Shown: positions 37,556 through 46,529 of the stretch, piece after piece
Numbering within the stretch: the stretch's first letter is position 1
How the letters are laid out: each line of letters starts with the position of its first letter
Assembly (NCBI GenBank): GCA_016875215.1
Contig: VGRX01000001.1
Span: forward strand, 11,312 to 75,311
DNA from: Deltaproteobacteria bacterium
Lineage (GTDB): Bacteria > Myxococcota_A > UBA9042 > CAIXZC01
Direction of reading: 5' to 3'
DNA: 64,000 nucleotides
The notes under the pieces: model-generated
The model's database searches: none
What the model was told of the DNA's origin: nothing
What the model saw: the letters and a program-made list of their open reading frames with translations, nothing else
Position numbers and translations under genes: made by a program

Positions 37556-37747
37556 CTGCCACCTCGCTGTTGGGGCTCGGCATCCCGCCGAACGCAGGTC
37601 GGTCACCGGCCCATCCTACCACCAGTACGGGCCCTGCGAAAGCGTCCCGCCACACCGTCGTGCACCCCCCGCGGATCGTCGGTGCTTTCGGGCAGGGACG
37701 ATCCGTGCTACCATCTGCGGCGGTGGATTCGAATGGGAAGGTCAACG

Positions 37748-40700
37748 ATGAACCGAAAGTGCCTGATGGGATTGGCGGGGCTCCTGGTAGCGTGCTCCGG
37801 CGGAGGGCAGACGCTGCAACCGGACGTACGGGACGTTGCGGACGTGCGCCAGGAGGAGGCCGCAGTGGAGACCGCGACGCCCGCGGAAGTCGACGTGGCG
37901 CCGGTGGATGTGCCTCCGGATCCCGGGGTTCCTGAGACCATCGAGGAGACGACCCCGGCGTGCCAGCCGGGAAGCGGGTGCTTCCTCGACCCGTGTGCCG
38001 ACAGCGGTGATTGCGTGATGGGGCCGTGTGTGGAGCACCTTGGCGGCAAGGTCTGCTCCCAGACCTGCATCGAGGAATGCCCCGGAGGCTGGACGTGCAA
38101 GCAGCTTGCCGGCGAGGGCCGCGACCTGGTATTCGCCTGCGTCTCGCCGTTCACGCACCTGTGCCGTCCCTGCGCGTCCGGGGCCGACTGCAAGTCCGAG
38201 ACCGGCGTCGAGGACGTCTGCGTGATCTACGGCGATGAGGGCAGCTTCTGCGGTGCGGATTGCCAGGATATCCCCTGTCCGCCGGGGTACTCGTGCGTGG
38301 ATTCGGTGACCACCGAGGGGTTCGCCAGCAAGCAGTGCAAGGCGGACGTCGGCCTGTGCGGCTGCTCGGAGCTTTCCCGCAAGCTTGGGCTGTCCACGCC
38401 CTGCGTGGTGACCAACGCGCACGGGACGTGCAAGGGGCAGCGCACGTGCACCGGCCAGGGGCTGTCCCCGTGCAGCGCGCCGGCTCCGGCTCTCGAAGTC
38501 TGCAACGGCCTCGACGATGATTGCGACGGTACGATCGACGGAGAGATCTGCGACGACGGCGATGCATGCACCAAGGACTCCTGCGTGGCCGAGACGGGCT
38601 GTCAGCACGAGCCGCTCACCGGGACCTCCTGCGACGACGGCGACGTCTGCACGCTGGCCGATCACTGCGACGACGGGACGTGCACCGGGTCGGGAATCGA
38701 CTGCGACGACGGCAATCTCTGCACCAGCGACTCGTGCGACCCGACCGGGGGATGCGTGTACACCTTCAACAATACCGCCTGCGACGACTCCGACCCGTGC
38801 ACCGTGGGCGATTCCTGCAAGGAGGGAAGCTGTCAGGGTACCTCCGTCCCCTGTGACTGCCAGGACGACTCGGATTGTGCCAAGCTCGAGGACGGCAACC
38901 TGTGCAACGGGACCCTCTTCTGCGACGTCGAAGGCTTCCCCCAGAAGTGTGCGGTGAAGCCCACGAGCATCATCGAGTGCCCCGCCCCCTCGGGCATCGA
39001 TGCCCCCTGCCTGGTGCCGCTCTGCGACCCGTTCAACGGCCAGTGCTCGTTCGCCGCGGCCAACGACGGGAAGTCGTGCGACGACGGCAAGATCTGCACC
39101 ACCGGGAGCCATTGCGTCGCGGGTACCTGCGCGGGTGGAATCCCCCTCAACTGCGAGGACGGCAACCTCTGCACCGACGACTCGTGCGACCCGGTCGAAG
39201 GGTGCATCCACCTTCCGAACTCGCTCCCGTGCGAAGACGGCAATCCCTGCACCATGAAGGACACGTGCGAAGATGCTGCCTGCTCGCCCGGCCAGCCGGC
39301 CAACTGCAACGACGGCAACCCGTGCACCGATGATTCGTGCGACCCGACCTCGGGGTGCATCCACCAGGCCAACGCGGCACCGTGCGACGACGGGAACGTG
39401 TGCACCACCGGAGACAAGTGCCAGAACAAGGGATGCAAGGGAATCGGCATTCTCCCGTGCAGTGACGGCAACCTCTGCACCGACGACTCGTGCGACCCGA
39501 CTGCGGGCTGCCAGCATGCCAACAACAGCCTGCCTTGCAGCGACGGCAACCCCTGCACTCCCAAGGATGTCTGCATGGACGGCGCCTGCGTCGGCATGGG
39601 AGTCAAGGACTGCGGCGACGGCAACCCCTGCACCGACGATGCCTGCCACCCCACGCAGGGATGCCTCCACCAACCCAACACCGCTGCCTGCAACGACAAC
39701 AACCTCTGCACCACGAGCGACGTGTGCGCCAACGGTGCCTGCACCGGGACGGGCCTTCTCGCGTGCAGCGACTCGAACCACTGCACTGACGATTCCTGCA
39801 ACCCCGCCAAGGGGTGCATCTACACCCCGAACAAGACCTCGTGCGATGACGGCAACGAGTGCACCCTGGGAGATGTCTGCAAGGGCGGCCAGTGCTCGGC
39901 CGGGACCATGAAGGACTGCGAGGACGGCAACCCCTGCACCAAGGACTCCTGCGTGCCGCTCACCGGGTGCATGCACGTTCCAGGAGCCGGGCTCTGCGAT
40001 GACGGCAATCCCTGCACCATCGCAGACAAGTGCGCGGCAGGTACCTGCCAGCCCGGCGCTCCGAAGATCTGCGACGACGGTAACTTCTGCACCGACGACT
40101 CCTGCGGCAAGGAGGGAATCTGCCAGTTCGTGCCCAACAAGGTCGCCTGCAACGACGCCAACTCCTGCACCAACGACGATCTGTGCGCAGATGGGAAATG
40201 CGCCGGAACCCCCATCGACTGCGACGACGGCAATCCGTGCACCAAGGACTCCTGCGCTCCCGCCACCGGCTGCGTGTACACCTTCAGCACCGCACCGTGC
40301 GACGACGGCAACCTGTGCACGACCAAGGATGTCTGCGACAAAGGGGCCTGCACGGGCTCCGTCGCCCTGCCGTGCGACGACGCAAATCCCTGCACCGACG
40401 ACTCCTGCGATCCCAAGGTCGGCTGCCTGCATAAGCCCAACCAGGCTCAGTGCGACGACGCAAACGCCTGCACGCTGACCGACCAGTGCAGCGCAGGATG
40501 GTGCCAGGGCCTGCCGCTCGGCTGCGACGACGACGACCCCTGCACGACCGACTCGTGCAACCCCGCCACCGGCTGCGTCCACACCACCAACACCGCCCCC
40601 TGCGACGACGGGAACCTCTGCACCGTGAACGACACCTGCCAGGAAGGCATGTGCGTGGGCGGGAAGAACGTCTCGTGCAACGATTCCAACGATTGCACCG

Positions 40701-41590
40701 ACGACTCGTGCGATCCCGCCAAGGGGTGCACCCACTCCAACAACAACGGAGCATGCACCGACGCCAACTTCTGCACCGAGGGCGATTCGTGTGTCGGCGG
40801 CAACTGCATCCCCGGCTCGGCCGTCACCTGCAACGACGCCGAGGTGTGCACCACCGATGCCTGCCTGCCCAAGTCGGGTTGCTCCTTCACCCCCGTCCCC
40901 AACTGCTGCCACAACGATGCCGAATGCAACGACGGCAACCCGGCCACCACCGACAAGTGCAGCAACAACCAGTGCAAGCACCTTACCGACCCGGGGCTCC
41001 CGCACAACAGCGCTCCGTTCTCCCCCGAGTACACCAGCAACGGCGGCTGCGGCGACTACTCCAAGTGGTACACCCGCAGCTTCGGCCAGATGACGTTCTC
41101 CCAGTGCGAGGCCAAGGCAAACCTCACCGGCGCCCAGTATGTCGGAGCACCCAACCTGTACGACTACACCGCCCCCTACGCCTCCAGCGAGAGGTGGGTC
41201 GGCGACAAGGACGTCACCAACGGCTACGTCAGCGCCGGCGGGTGGGACTCCGTCGGAACCCGCAACAAGAACGACAACAGCCTCTGCGTCCTCGGCTACG
41301 CCAACGGCAACGCCCCCGGCAACTCCACACTGACCGATTCCAAGGTCGTGAACGGCAGAACCTACCAGTACAAGGACTTCGGCACCATCAGCGAGAAGAC
41401 CTGCTACGACTACTGCCGCGAGTACGGCGCCCGCCCCCTCAATCCTCAGTACTTCGGCGTCTCGGGCGTCACCCACATGGTCGAGAACCACAGCTGCCAC
41501 GGAAGCGTGCAGTACAACGGCAACGGCTACACAACCGACGGCAGCGGTGCCCACACGTACCGCTGCTTCATCGGCTACTACTCGGAATGA
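37748..41590 (+). CDS. Large Cys-rich surface lipoprotein B (1280 aa), paralog of 21994-25542 with ~14 paired repeats and a different ~200-aa head
   Basis: MNRKCLMGLAGLLVAC lipobox; base colinear with protein A; the ORF track's upstream extension is antisense to the DUF4349 gene. Confidence 0.9.
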   Translation: MNRKCLMGLAGLLVACSGGGQTLQPDVRDVADVRQEEAAVETATPAEVDVAPVDVPPDPGVPETIEETTPACQPGSGCFLDPCADSGDCVMGPCVEHLGGKVCSQTCIEECPGGWTCKQLAGEGRDLVFACVSPFTHLCRPCASGADCKSETGVEDVCVIYGDEGSFCGADCQDIPCPPGYSCVDSVTTEGFASKQCKADVGLCGCSELSRKLGLSTPCVVTNAHGTCKGQRTCTGQGLSPCSAPAPALEVCNGLDDDCDGTIDGEICDDGDACTKDSCVAETGCQHEPLTGTSCDDGDVCTLADHCDDGTCTGSGIDCDDGNLCTSDSCDPTGGCVYTFNNTACDDSDPCTVGDSCKEGSCQGTSVPCDCQDDSDCAKLEDGNLCNGTLFCDVEGFPQKCAVKPTSIIECPAPSGIDAPCLVPLCDPFNGQCSFAAANDGKSCDDGKICTTGSHCVAGTCAGGIPLNCEDGNLCTDDSCDPVEGCIHLPNSLPCEDGNPCTMKDTCEDAACSPGQPANCNDGNPCTDDSCDPTSGCIHQANAAPCDDGNVCTTGDKCQNKGCKGIGILPCSDGNLCTDDSCDPTAGCQHANNSLPCSDGNPCTPKDVCMDGACVGMGVKDCGDGNPCTDDACHPTQGCLHQPNTAACNDNNLCTTSDVCANGACTGTGLLACSDSNHCTDDSCNPAKGCIYTPNKTSCDDGNECTLGDVCKGGQCSAGTMKDCEDGNPCTKDSCVPLTGCMHVPGAGLCDDGNPCTIADKCAAGTCQPGAPKICDDGNFCTDDSCGKEGICQFVPNKVACNDANSCTNDDLCADGKCAGTPIDCDDGNPCTKDSCAPATGCVYTFSTAPCDDGNLCTTKDVCDKGACTGSVALPCDDANPCTDDSCDPKVGCLHKPNQAQCDDANACTLTDQCSAGWCQGLPLGCDDDDPCTTDSCNPATGCVHTTNTAPCDDGNLCTVNDTCQEGMCVGGKNVSCNDSNDCTDDSCDPAKGCTHSNNNGACTDANFCTEGDSCVGGNCIPGSAVTCNDAEVCTTDACLPKSGCSFTPVPNCCHNDAECNDGNPATTDKCSNNQCKHLTDPGLPHNSAPFSPEYTSNGGCGDYSKWYTRSFGQMTFSQCEAKANLTGAQYVGAPNLYDYTAPYASSERWVGDKDVTNGYVSAGGWDSVGTRNKNDNSLCVLGYANGNAPGNSTLTDSKVVNGRTYQYKDFGTISEKTCYDYCREYGARPLNPQYFGVSGVTHMVENHSCHGSVQYNGNGYTTDGSGAHTYRCFIGYYSE

Positions 41591-41597
41591 TTGGCGT

Positions 41598-42323
41598 TCA
41601 CTCCTGGGCCTTGCCCGTCATGGGAACGAAGCGGACCGGGTAGAGCTCATGCTCGACGATTCCGCTCTTCGTCTTCCGGTACAGCACGAGATCCTGGCTG
41701 TAGACCCCGACCGGAGCGATCAGCAGCCCCCCCTCCTTGAGCTGCTCGAACAGCGGCCTGGGAACCTCGGCCGGAGCCGCAGTGAGCATGATCTTGTCGA
41801 ACGGCGCCTTCTCCGGCCACCCGGCGTAGCCGTCTCCGATCCGCACGGAAACGTTCCCGTAGCCCAGCTCGGCCAGCGTCTTCTCCGCCTGGAGCCCCAG
41901 CGGCTTGACGATCTCGATCGTGTAGACCTCCCCCGCCAGCTCGGCCAGCACCGCGGCCTGGTATCCGGAGCCGGTTCCGATCTCCAGGACCCGGTCGGTC
42001 GGCTGCGGGTCGAGTGCCTGGGTCATGCTCGCCACGATGTACGGCTGCGAGATCGTCTGTTCGAAGCCGATGGGCAGCGGATGATCCTCGCAGGCCTGCT
42101 CGACCAGCTCCTCCGGCACGAACCGGTGTCGCGGGACCTTCTCCATCGCGGCCAGAACCCGTTTCGACGTGATGTCCCGGTTCGCCATCTGGGTGCGGAC
42201 CATCCGGCTGCGCTCCGCGGCGAACGGATCCGGTGCCGGAGGAGCTCCGTCTGCGTGGGGGGGCTCCCTGCACGACAGGGCTACGAGCGCCACGCACACG
42301 AGCAACGCCGTACACACCGACAT
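41598..42323 (-). CDS. pcm: Protein-L-isoaspartate O-methyltransferase with N-terminal hydrophobic extension
   Basis: VPRHRFVP, QTISQPYIVA, VLEIGTGSGYQAAVL, GDGYAGWPEKAPFD, VRFVPM. Confidence 0.95.
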   Translation of the reverse strand: MSVCTALLVCVALVALSCREPPHADGAPPAPDPFAAERSRMVRTQMANRDITSKRVLAAMEKVPRHRFVPEELVEQACEDHPLPIGFEQTISQPYIVASMTQALDPQPTDRVLEIGTGSGYQAAVLAELAGEVYTIEIVKPLGLQAEKTLAELGYGNVSVRIGDGYAGWPEKAPFDKIMLTAAPAEVPRPLFEQLKEGGLLIAPVGVYSQDLVLYRKTKSGIVEHELYPVRFVPMTGKAQE

Positions 42324-42363
42324 GGCTTCCTCCGCTGGCCGGCTCCCCCTCGCCCGACCCGGG

Positions 42364-42936
42364 TCAGACGGGCTTCCCGCGGGACAGGAGAAACACGTCG
42401 TTCCACCAGTACTGCCGCTGACCGGAACGCCGGGAGCCGAGGGTTCCGCCCTGTTTCTTGAGGGTCTTGAATCCCGCGGAATCCCGGAGCCTGAGCTGCT
42501 TGCCGGTGGAATCGACGACGCAGGTCCAGTGGGAGATGTCGTCGTCGTCGTAGACAACGATCGCTGCACCCTTCTGGTCCGATGTGAGGTGGGAATCGAG
42601 CTCCTTCCAGAAGCTCTGGATCTTCTTGCCCATGCCGCTCCCGGAAAGCCCCCGGCACCATTCCAGATCGAATCCGAGCTTCCGGCGGGCAAACCTGCCC
42701 GCAGTCTCCACCATGGCATTCACGTCCGCCGGGCTGGTTCCGTCCCACACGAACCGGATGCTCTTGCGATCCTGCGGAAGCCGCCGGTACACGGTCCTGA
42801 CCAGCAGGTTGAACAACTCCTGCTGGCGCTCCCGCCCGAACTCGCCGTTGAAGGTCAGCTCGCCGATGGCGTTGACCACCGCATATACGCCGCACAGCCC
42901 GTCCAGGCCGCCCTGGCGTTTCGGGTTGCTCTTCAT
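42364..42936 (-). CDS. Hypothetical papain-fold cysteine peptidase (C39/Josephin-like)
   Basis: GGAGG RBS; RQGGLDGLCGVYAVVNA ... SHWTCV ... LRLRDS. Confidence 0.6.
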   Translation of the reverse strand: MKSNPKRQGGLDGLCGVYAVVNAIGELTFNGEFGRERQQELFNLLVRTVYRRLPQDRKSIRFVWDGTSPADVNAMVETAGRFARRKLGFDLEWCRGLSGSGMGKKIQSFWKELDSHLTSDQKGAAIVVYDDDDISHWTCVVDSTGKQLRLRDSAGFKTLKKQGGTLGSRRSGQRQYWWNDVFLLSRGKPV

Positions 42937-43228
42937 CTTTCGCCTCCCCCGCGCCCATTATGGATCGGGTTCGACGTCCAGGGCAAGCGGCAGTTGCCTG
43001 ACCCGCGCCGGAAGCAGGGGTGAGCCCTCTTTTGCCCCCTGGGCTTCGTCCCCGCCGGCCCGGTCGCAGAGCGTCACTGACGCGCCCCGTGGAACCGCCC
43101 CCCGGAGACCGCCTCCCCCAGTTCCGGTCTGACTGTTCCGACGGAGACCTTGTCGCACGCCGGGCCGGATGCTATTATTGAGGTCGCATTTGTCATATAA
43201 TCGCCGGCGGTCGGCGCAGGAGGGCCAG

Positions 43229-43618
43229 ATGGGCAAGAAGATCCTGATTGTGGATGACGACAGCGACCTCGTTGAATCGACCTCTGCTTTCCTGGTATCC
43301 CGCGGCTACACCACCGTATCGGCCTCGAACGGGACGGAAGGCCTCGCGATGCTCGAGCAGGAGAAGCCCGACCTGATCGTGCTGGACATGATGATGGACC
43401 AGCGGGGGGACGGATTCCTGTTCTCGCGGAAGATGCGCAAGGAACCGGCCTTCCAGAAGACCCCGATCATCATGCTCACCGGAATGCGGCAGGCCACGGG
43501 ATTCCACTTCCTGACCGAAGATCCCCGGCACCCGACCTTCCTGCCCGTCGACGAGTTCATGGAGAAACCCGCGGATCTGGAGGAGCTGGCCAGGAGAGTA
43601 GCCAGACTGATCGGCTGA
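43229..43618 (+). CDS. Single-domain response regulator (receiver)
   Basis: KILIVDDD, PDLIVLDMMM, PIIMLTG, EKP. Confidence 0.93.
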   Translation: MGKKILIVDDDSDLVESTSAFLVSRGYTTVSASNGTEGLAMLEQEKPDLIVLDMMMDQRGDGFLFSRKMRKEPAFQKTPIIMLTGMRQATGFHFLTEDPRHPTFLPVDEFMEKPADLEELARRVARLIG

Positions 43619-43627
43619 GAAACGTGC

Positions 43628-45019
43628 TCAACCGGGAAGAGGCACGGTGAAACTGAAGGTGGAGCCCTTTCCCGGCTTCGAGCGGACCCAGATCCGGCCG
43701 CCGTGCGCCTCGACGATGTGCCTGGCAATGGCCAGCCCCAGCCCGGTGCCCTCCCGCTCCCGTCCGTCCTGCGCCCTGACCCGGTGGAATTCCTCGAAGA
43801 CCTTCTCGATCTCATCGGCCGGAATCCCGATTCCGGTGTCGGCCACTTCGAATCGAAGGAACCGCCCGTCGACGAAGGCCGTGAGCTTCACGCTCCCGCC
43901 GGAATCGGTGTACTTGACCGCATTGCTCACGAGGTTCTCCAGGACCTGGGAAAGCCGGTCCGGGACACCCTCGATCGAGGGAAGAGCCTTCTCCAGCTCG
44001 AAGCTCAGGGAGATCCCCCTGGCATCGGCAGCCTCCCTGTGATTCTCGGCGGCCTGCACTACCATCTCGGCCGGGTCGACGGGAATCCGGTTCTCCATTC
44101 CCTTGCCGCTCTCGATCGCCGTGATGTCCAGCAGGTCCGTGATCAGGCGTACCTGGGAATCCACCCGGGCCCGCGACCGCTTCAGGTAGGTGACCTGCTG
44201 CTCGCTGAGCGGCCCGACCGCCCGGGCCAGAAGAACGTCGACGTAGCCGCGTACCGCGGCCATCGGCGACTTGAGGTCGTGCGACGCTATGGCCAGAAAG
44301 CGCGACTTGGTCTGGTTGAGCCGGATCAGCTCCTCGTTCTTCCTCTCGAGCGCTGCCTTGAGCTCGACGATCCGCCGCTCCCGGCCCCGGAGCTTCTCCG
44401 TGATCGAGGTCGCTATGTACGAGGAGATCACCAGGGTGGCCGACAGGAGGAACGCCCGGGCCTGCGCAGCCCCCGCAAGGCCGGGACACTCGTACACCAC
44501 GTTCGAGACGAAGTCCGGATGTGGAATCCAACCCGAGAAATGCAGCACGGTCAGCCCGGTGTAGAACACCACCGCCAGCGCCGTCTGCACACGCCCCCCC
44601 CAACGGGGAAGGAGCTTGCTCGAGATGATGACGTGGAAGATGTAGAAGAAGGCAACCGGGCTCTCCGGCCCCCCGGTCAGGTGGACCAGGACCGTCAATG
44701 CCGCGATGTCGATTCCGCTTTGGAGATGGGCGATCAGCCTTGAGCGCCTCATGAACGCAGCCCCATCCAGCCGGCGGGACCTTCGCACCAGCCACAGGAA
44801 CGCCAGGTTGTAGAACGCTATGGTCACAGCCACTGCCCGGATGGGCCAGGCATCGAGACGCATGCCGATCGTGAAATGGGACGCCTCCGGAGAGAGCAGC
44901 ACCGCAACGGCAGCCAGCCAACGCAGCTTGATGAACCACTCCAGGCGCTCACGGAGCTCCGCGTCCCGGGATTCGTCCGGAGATGTCACGCCGTCGGAGC
45001 TGCCGCTCTGACCTTCCAT
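43628..45019 (-). CDS. Membrane sensor histidine kinase
   Basis: Multiple TM helices; ASHDLKSPM H-box, NLVSNAVKYT, DTGIGI, FEEF, GTGLGL. Confidence 0.94.
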   Translation of the reverse strand: MEGQSGSSDGVTSPDESRDAELRERLEWFIKLRWLAAVAVLLSPEASHFTIGMRLDAWPIRAVAVTIAFYNLAFLWLVRRSRRLDGAAFMRRSRLIAHLQSGIDIAALTVLVHLTGGPESPVAFFYIFHVIISSKLLPRWGGRVQTALAVVFYTGLTVLHFSGWIPHPDFVSNVVYECPGLAGAAQARAFLLSATLVISSYIATSITEKLRGRERRIVELKAALERKNEELIRLNQTKSRFLAIASHDLKSPMAAVRGYVDVLLARAVGPLSEQQVTYLKRSRARVDSQVRLITDLLDITAIESGKGMENRIPVDPAEMVVQAAENHREAADARGISLSFELEKALPSIEGVPDRLSQVLENLVSNAVKYTDSGGSVKLTAFVDGRFLRFEVADTGIGIPADEIEKVFEEFHRVRAQDGREREGTGLGLAIARHIVEAHGGRIWVRSKPGKGSTFSFTVPLPG

Positions 45020-45305
45020 GCCTCGTTTCCTGTCGCCTGCCCCCGGAAGTGGGTTGCTTTTCGAGTCTAGCCTCGGCCCCCTTCCCACGTCAATCCCGAC
45101 CCCTCCGATTCCGCCTGCCGGAAGGCGGCGCCGCACGCACAGCCCGCACGAACCCCTGGCAACGGTGTGCGGCCGGCGGTCATCCGGAAAAGGAGAGCGG
45201 GGGAATCCGGGGAACCGATGGACACTTGCCAGGTCGACCCCATGTGAGCATACTCCGGTCCGGCGGCGATCCGGCCGTCCCTGGCCCGAAGCAGGTGCTC
45301 CCGGC

Positions 45306-46253
45306 ATGCGATTCCCGATACCGCATCTACTGCTCCCCCTGATCCTGCTCTGCGGCTGCTCCCCGGCCGGCTCTCACGCCGACATCACCGAGGAGGCAGG
45401 CATCTTCCCCTGGGGAGACGTCTCTCAACGACAGGATCACTCCTCCGCCTTCCCGGACCACCCGCCGCACCCGCTGGGCGACTACGTCCCTCCGGACGGA
45501 CTCCAAGTCATCTTCCTTGACGTCGGCCAGGGCGATGCCGTCCTGGTCCGCTTCCCGAAAGGGGCCACCATGCTGGTCGATGGCGGGAAGAACGGCAGGG
45601 GAACCGAGAAGATTCTGCCCGCGTTCGAGAAGCTTGCCCTGGCAGACCTGGACTACATCGTCGCCACCCACGCGGACGCGGACCACTGCGGCGGACTCGA
45701 TGAGGTCGTCGAAGGTGTCGCGGTGGAAGAGGTCTGGGAGAACGGCGTCGGCAAGAATACCGCTGCCTGGTGGGACTTCTCGGATGCCGTGGACCAGCAC
45801 GGCATCCCCCGGGTCACCGTCCAACGGGGAGACGTGCGGGAAATCGACACGTGCCGGGTCGAGATCCTCAACGCGGACGAAGGCTGGGGCGATTCCAACG
45901 GAGACAGTATCGTCCTGTCCATCGAGTGCGAAGGAGTGGCCGTTCTGCTCACCGGCGACGCACATGCCGGGACGCAGGCGGACCTCATCGACGTGTACGG
46001 GGCCGACCTCCAGGCCGACCTGGTCAAGCTCCCTCACCACGGCAGCCCGGACCATGACAGCGAGCTTCCTTCGTTCGTCCTGCCCAAGGTCGCGGTCTGC
46101 AGCGTCGGAACCGGCAACAGCTACGGCCACCCCGACAAGGACGTGGTGGCGGAGTGGAAGGCCGTCGCCCCGGAGTTCTACCGCACCGACCAATCCGGCA
46201 CCGTCACCGTCGACGTCAGGAAGGGAATCCCGACCGTCAGCACCGAGTGGTAG
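45306..46253 (+). CDS. ComEC/Rec2-like metallo-beta-lactamase-fold lipoprotein
   Basis: Lipobox LCGC; FLDVGQGDA, THADADHCGG, LLTGD, KLPHHGS, NSYGHP, YRTDQSG. Confidence 0.9.
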   Translation: MRFPIPHLLLPLILLCGCSPAGSHADITEEAGIFPWGDVSQRQDHSSAFPDHPPHPLGDYVPPDGLQVIFLDVGQGDAVLVRFPKGATMLVDGGKNGRGTEKILPAFEKLALADLDYIVATHADADHCGGLDEVVEGVAVEEVWENGVGKNTAAWWDFSDAVDQHGIPRVTVQRGDVREIDTCRVEILNADEGWGDSNGDSIVLSIECEGVAVLLTGDAHAGTQADLIDVYGADLQADLVKLPHHGSPDHDSELPSFVLPKVAVCSVGTGNSYGHPDKDVVAEWKAVAPEFYRTDQSGTVTVDVRKGIPTVSTEW

Positions 46254-46477
46254 AACTTGGGCGGCCTCGGGGATTGGCCTCGGCCCGGGTTCAACCGGAG
46301 GCCGTTCGATGCCCCCGGCCCCGCTCCGGATGCTGCTTCCGGCTCTGACTCGTGTGTCGCCAGCTTGAGGGTTGCGGGCTTGAACTCGACGTAGTGGTCG
46401 ATCCCATGCAGTTGTGCGGGCTGAGCCAGGGAACGCAGGGGGTGTACCTGGCTGCGGTGAAGGCGCCAAGAAAGGGG

Positions 46478-46506
46478 TTGACAGGATTGGTTGAACCATT
46501 TAGACT
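46478..46506 (+). promoter_or_regulatory. Sigma-70 promoter with internal palindrome TGGTTGAACCA (putative repressor operator)
   Basis: TTGACA-17 bp-TAGACT; palindrome at 46488-46498. Confidence 0.65.
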
Positions 46507-46529
46507 GGCGGTTGGTCAGGAGGTGGACC

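Noticed and set aside
36518..37747. N-terminal extension of the 1690-aa ORF (likewise 24697-25713 for U32 and 606-914 for CotH)
   Set aside because: Overlaps other genes or intergenic DNA; signal peptides, RBSs or family motifs place the starts downstream
37742..41554. 1270-aa minus-strand ORF, and similar long antisense ORFs (15171-17498, 23023-24678, 25585-27648, 55637-57406, 46500-48290)
   Set aside because: Shadow frames of real genes produced by GC3 bias; no motifs
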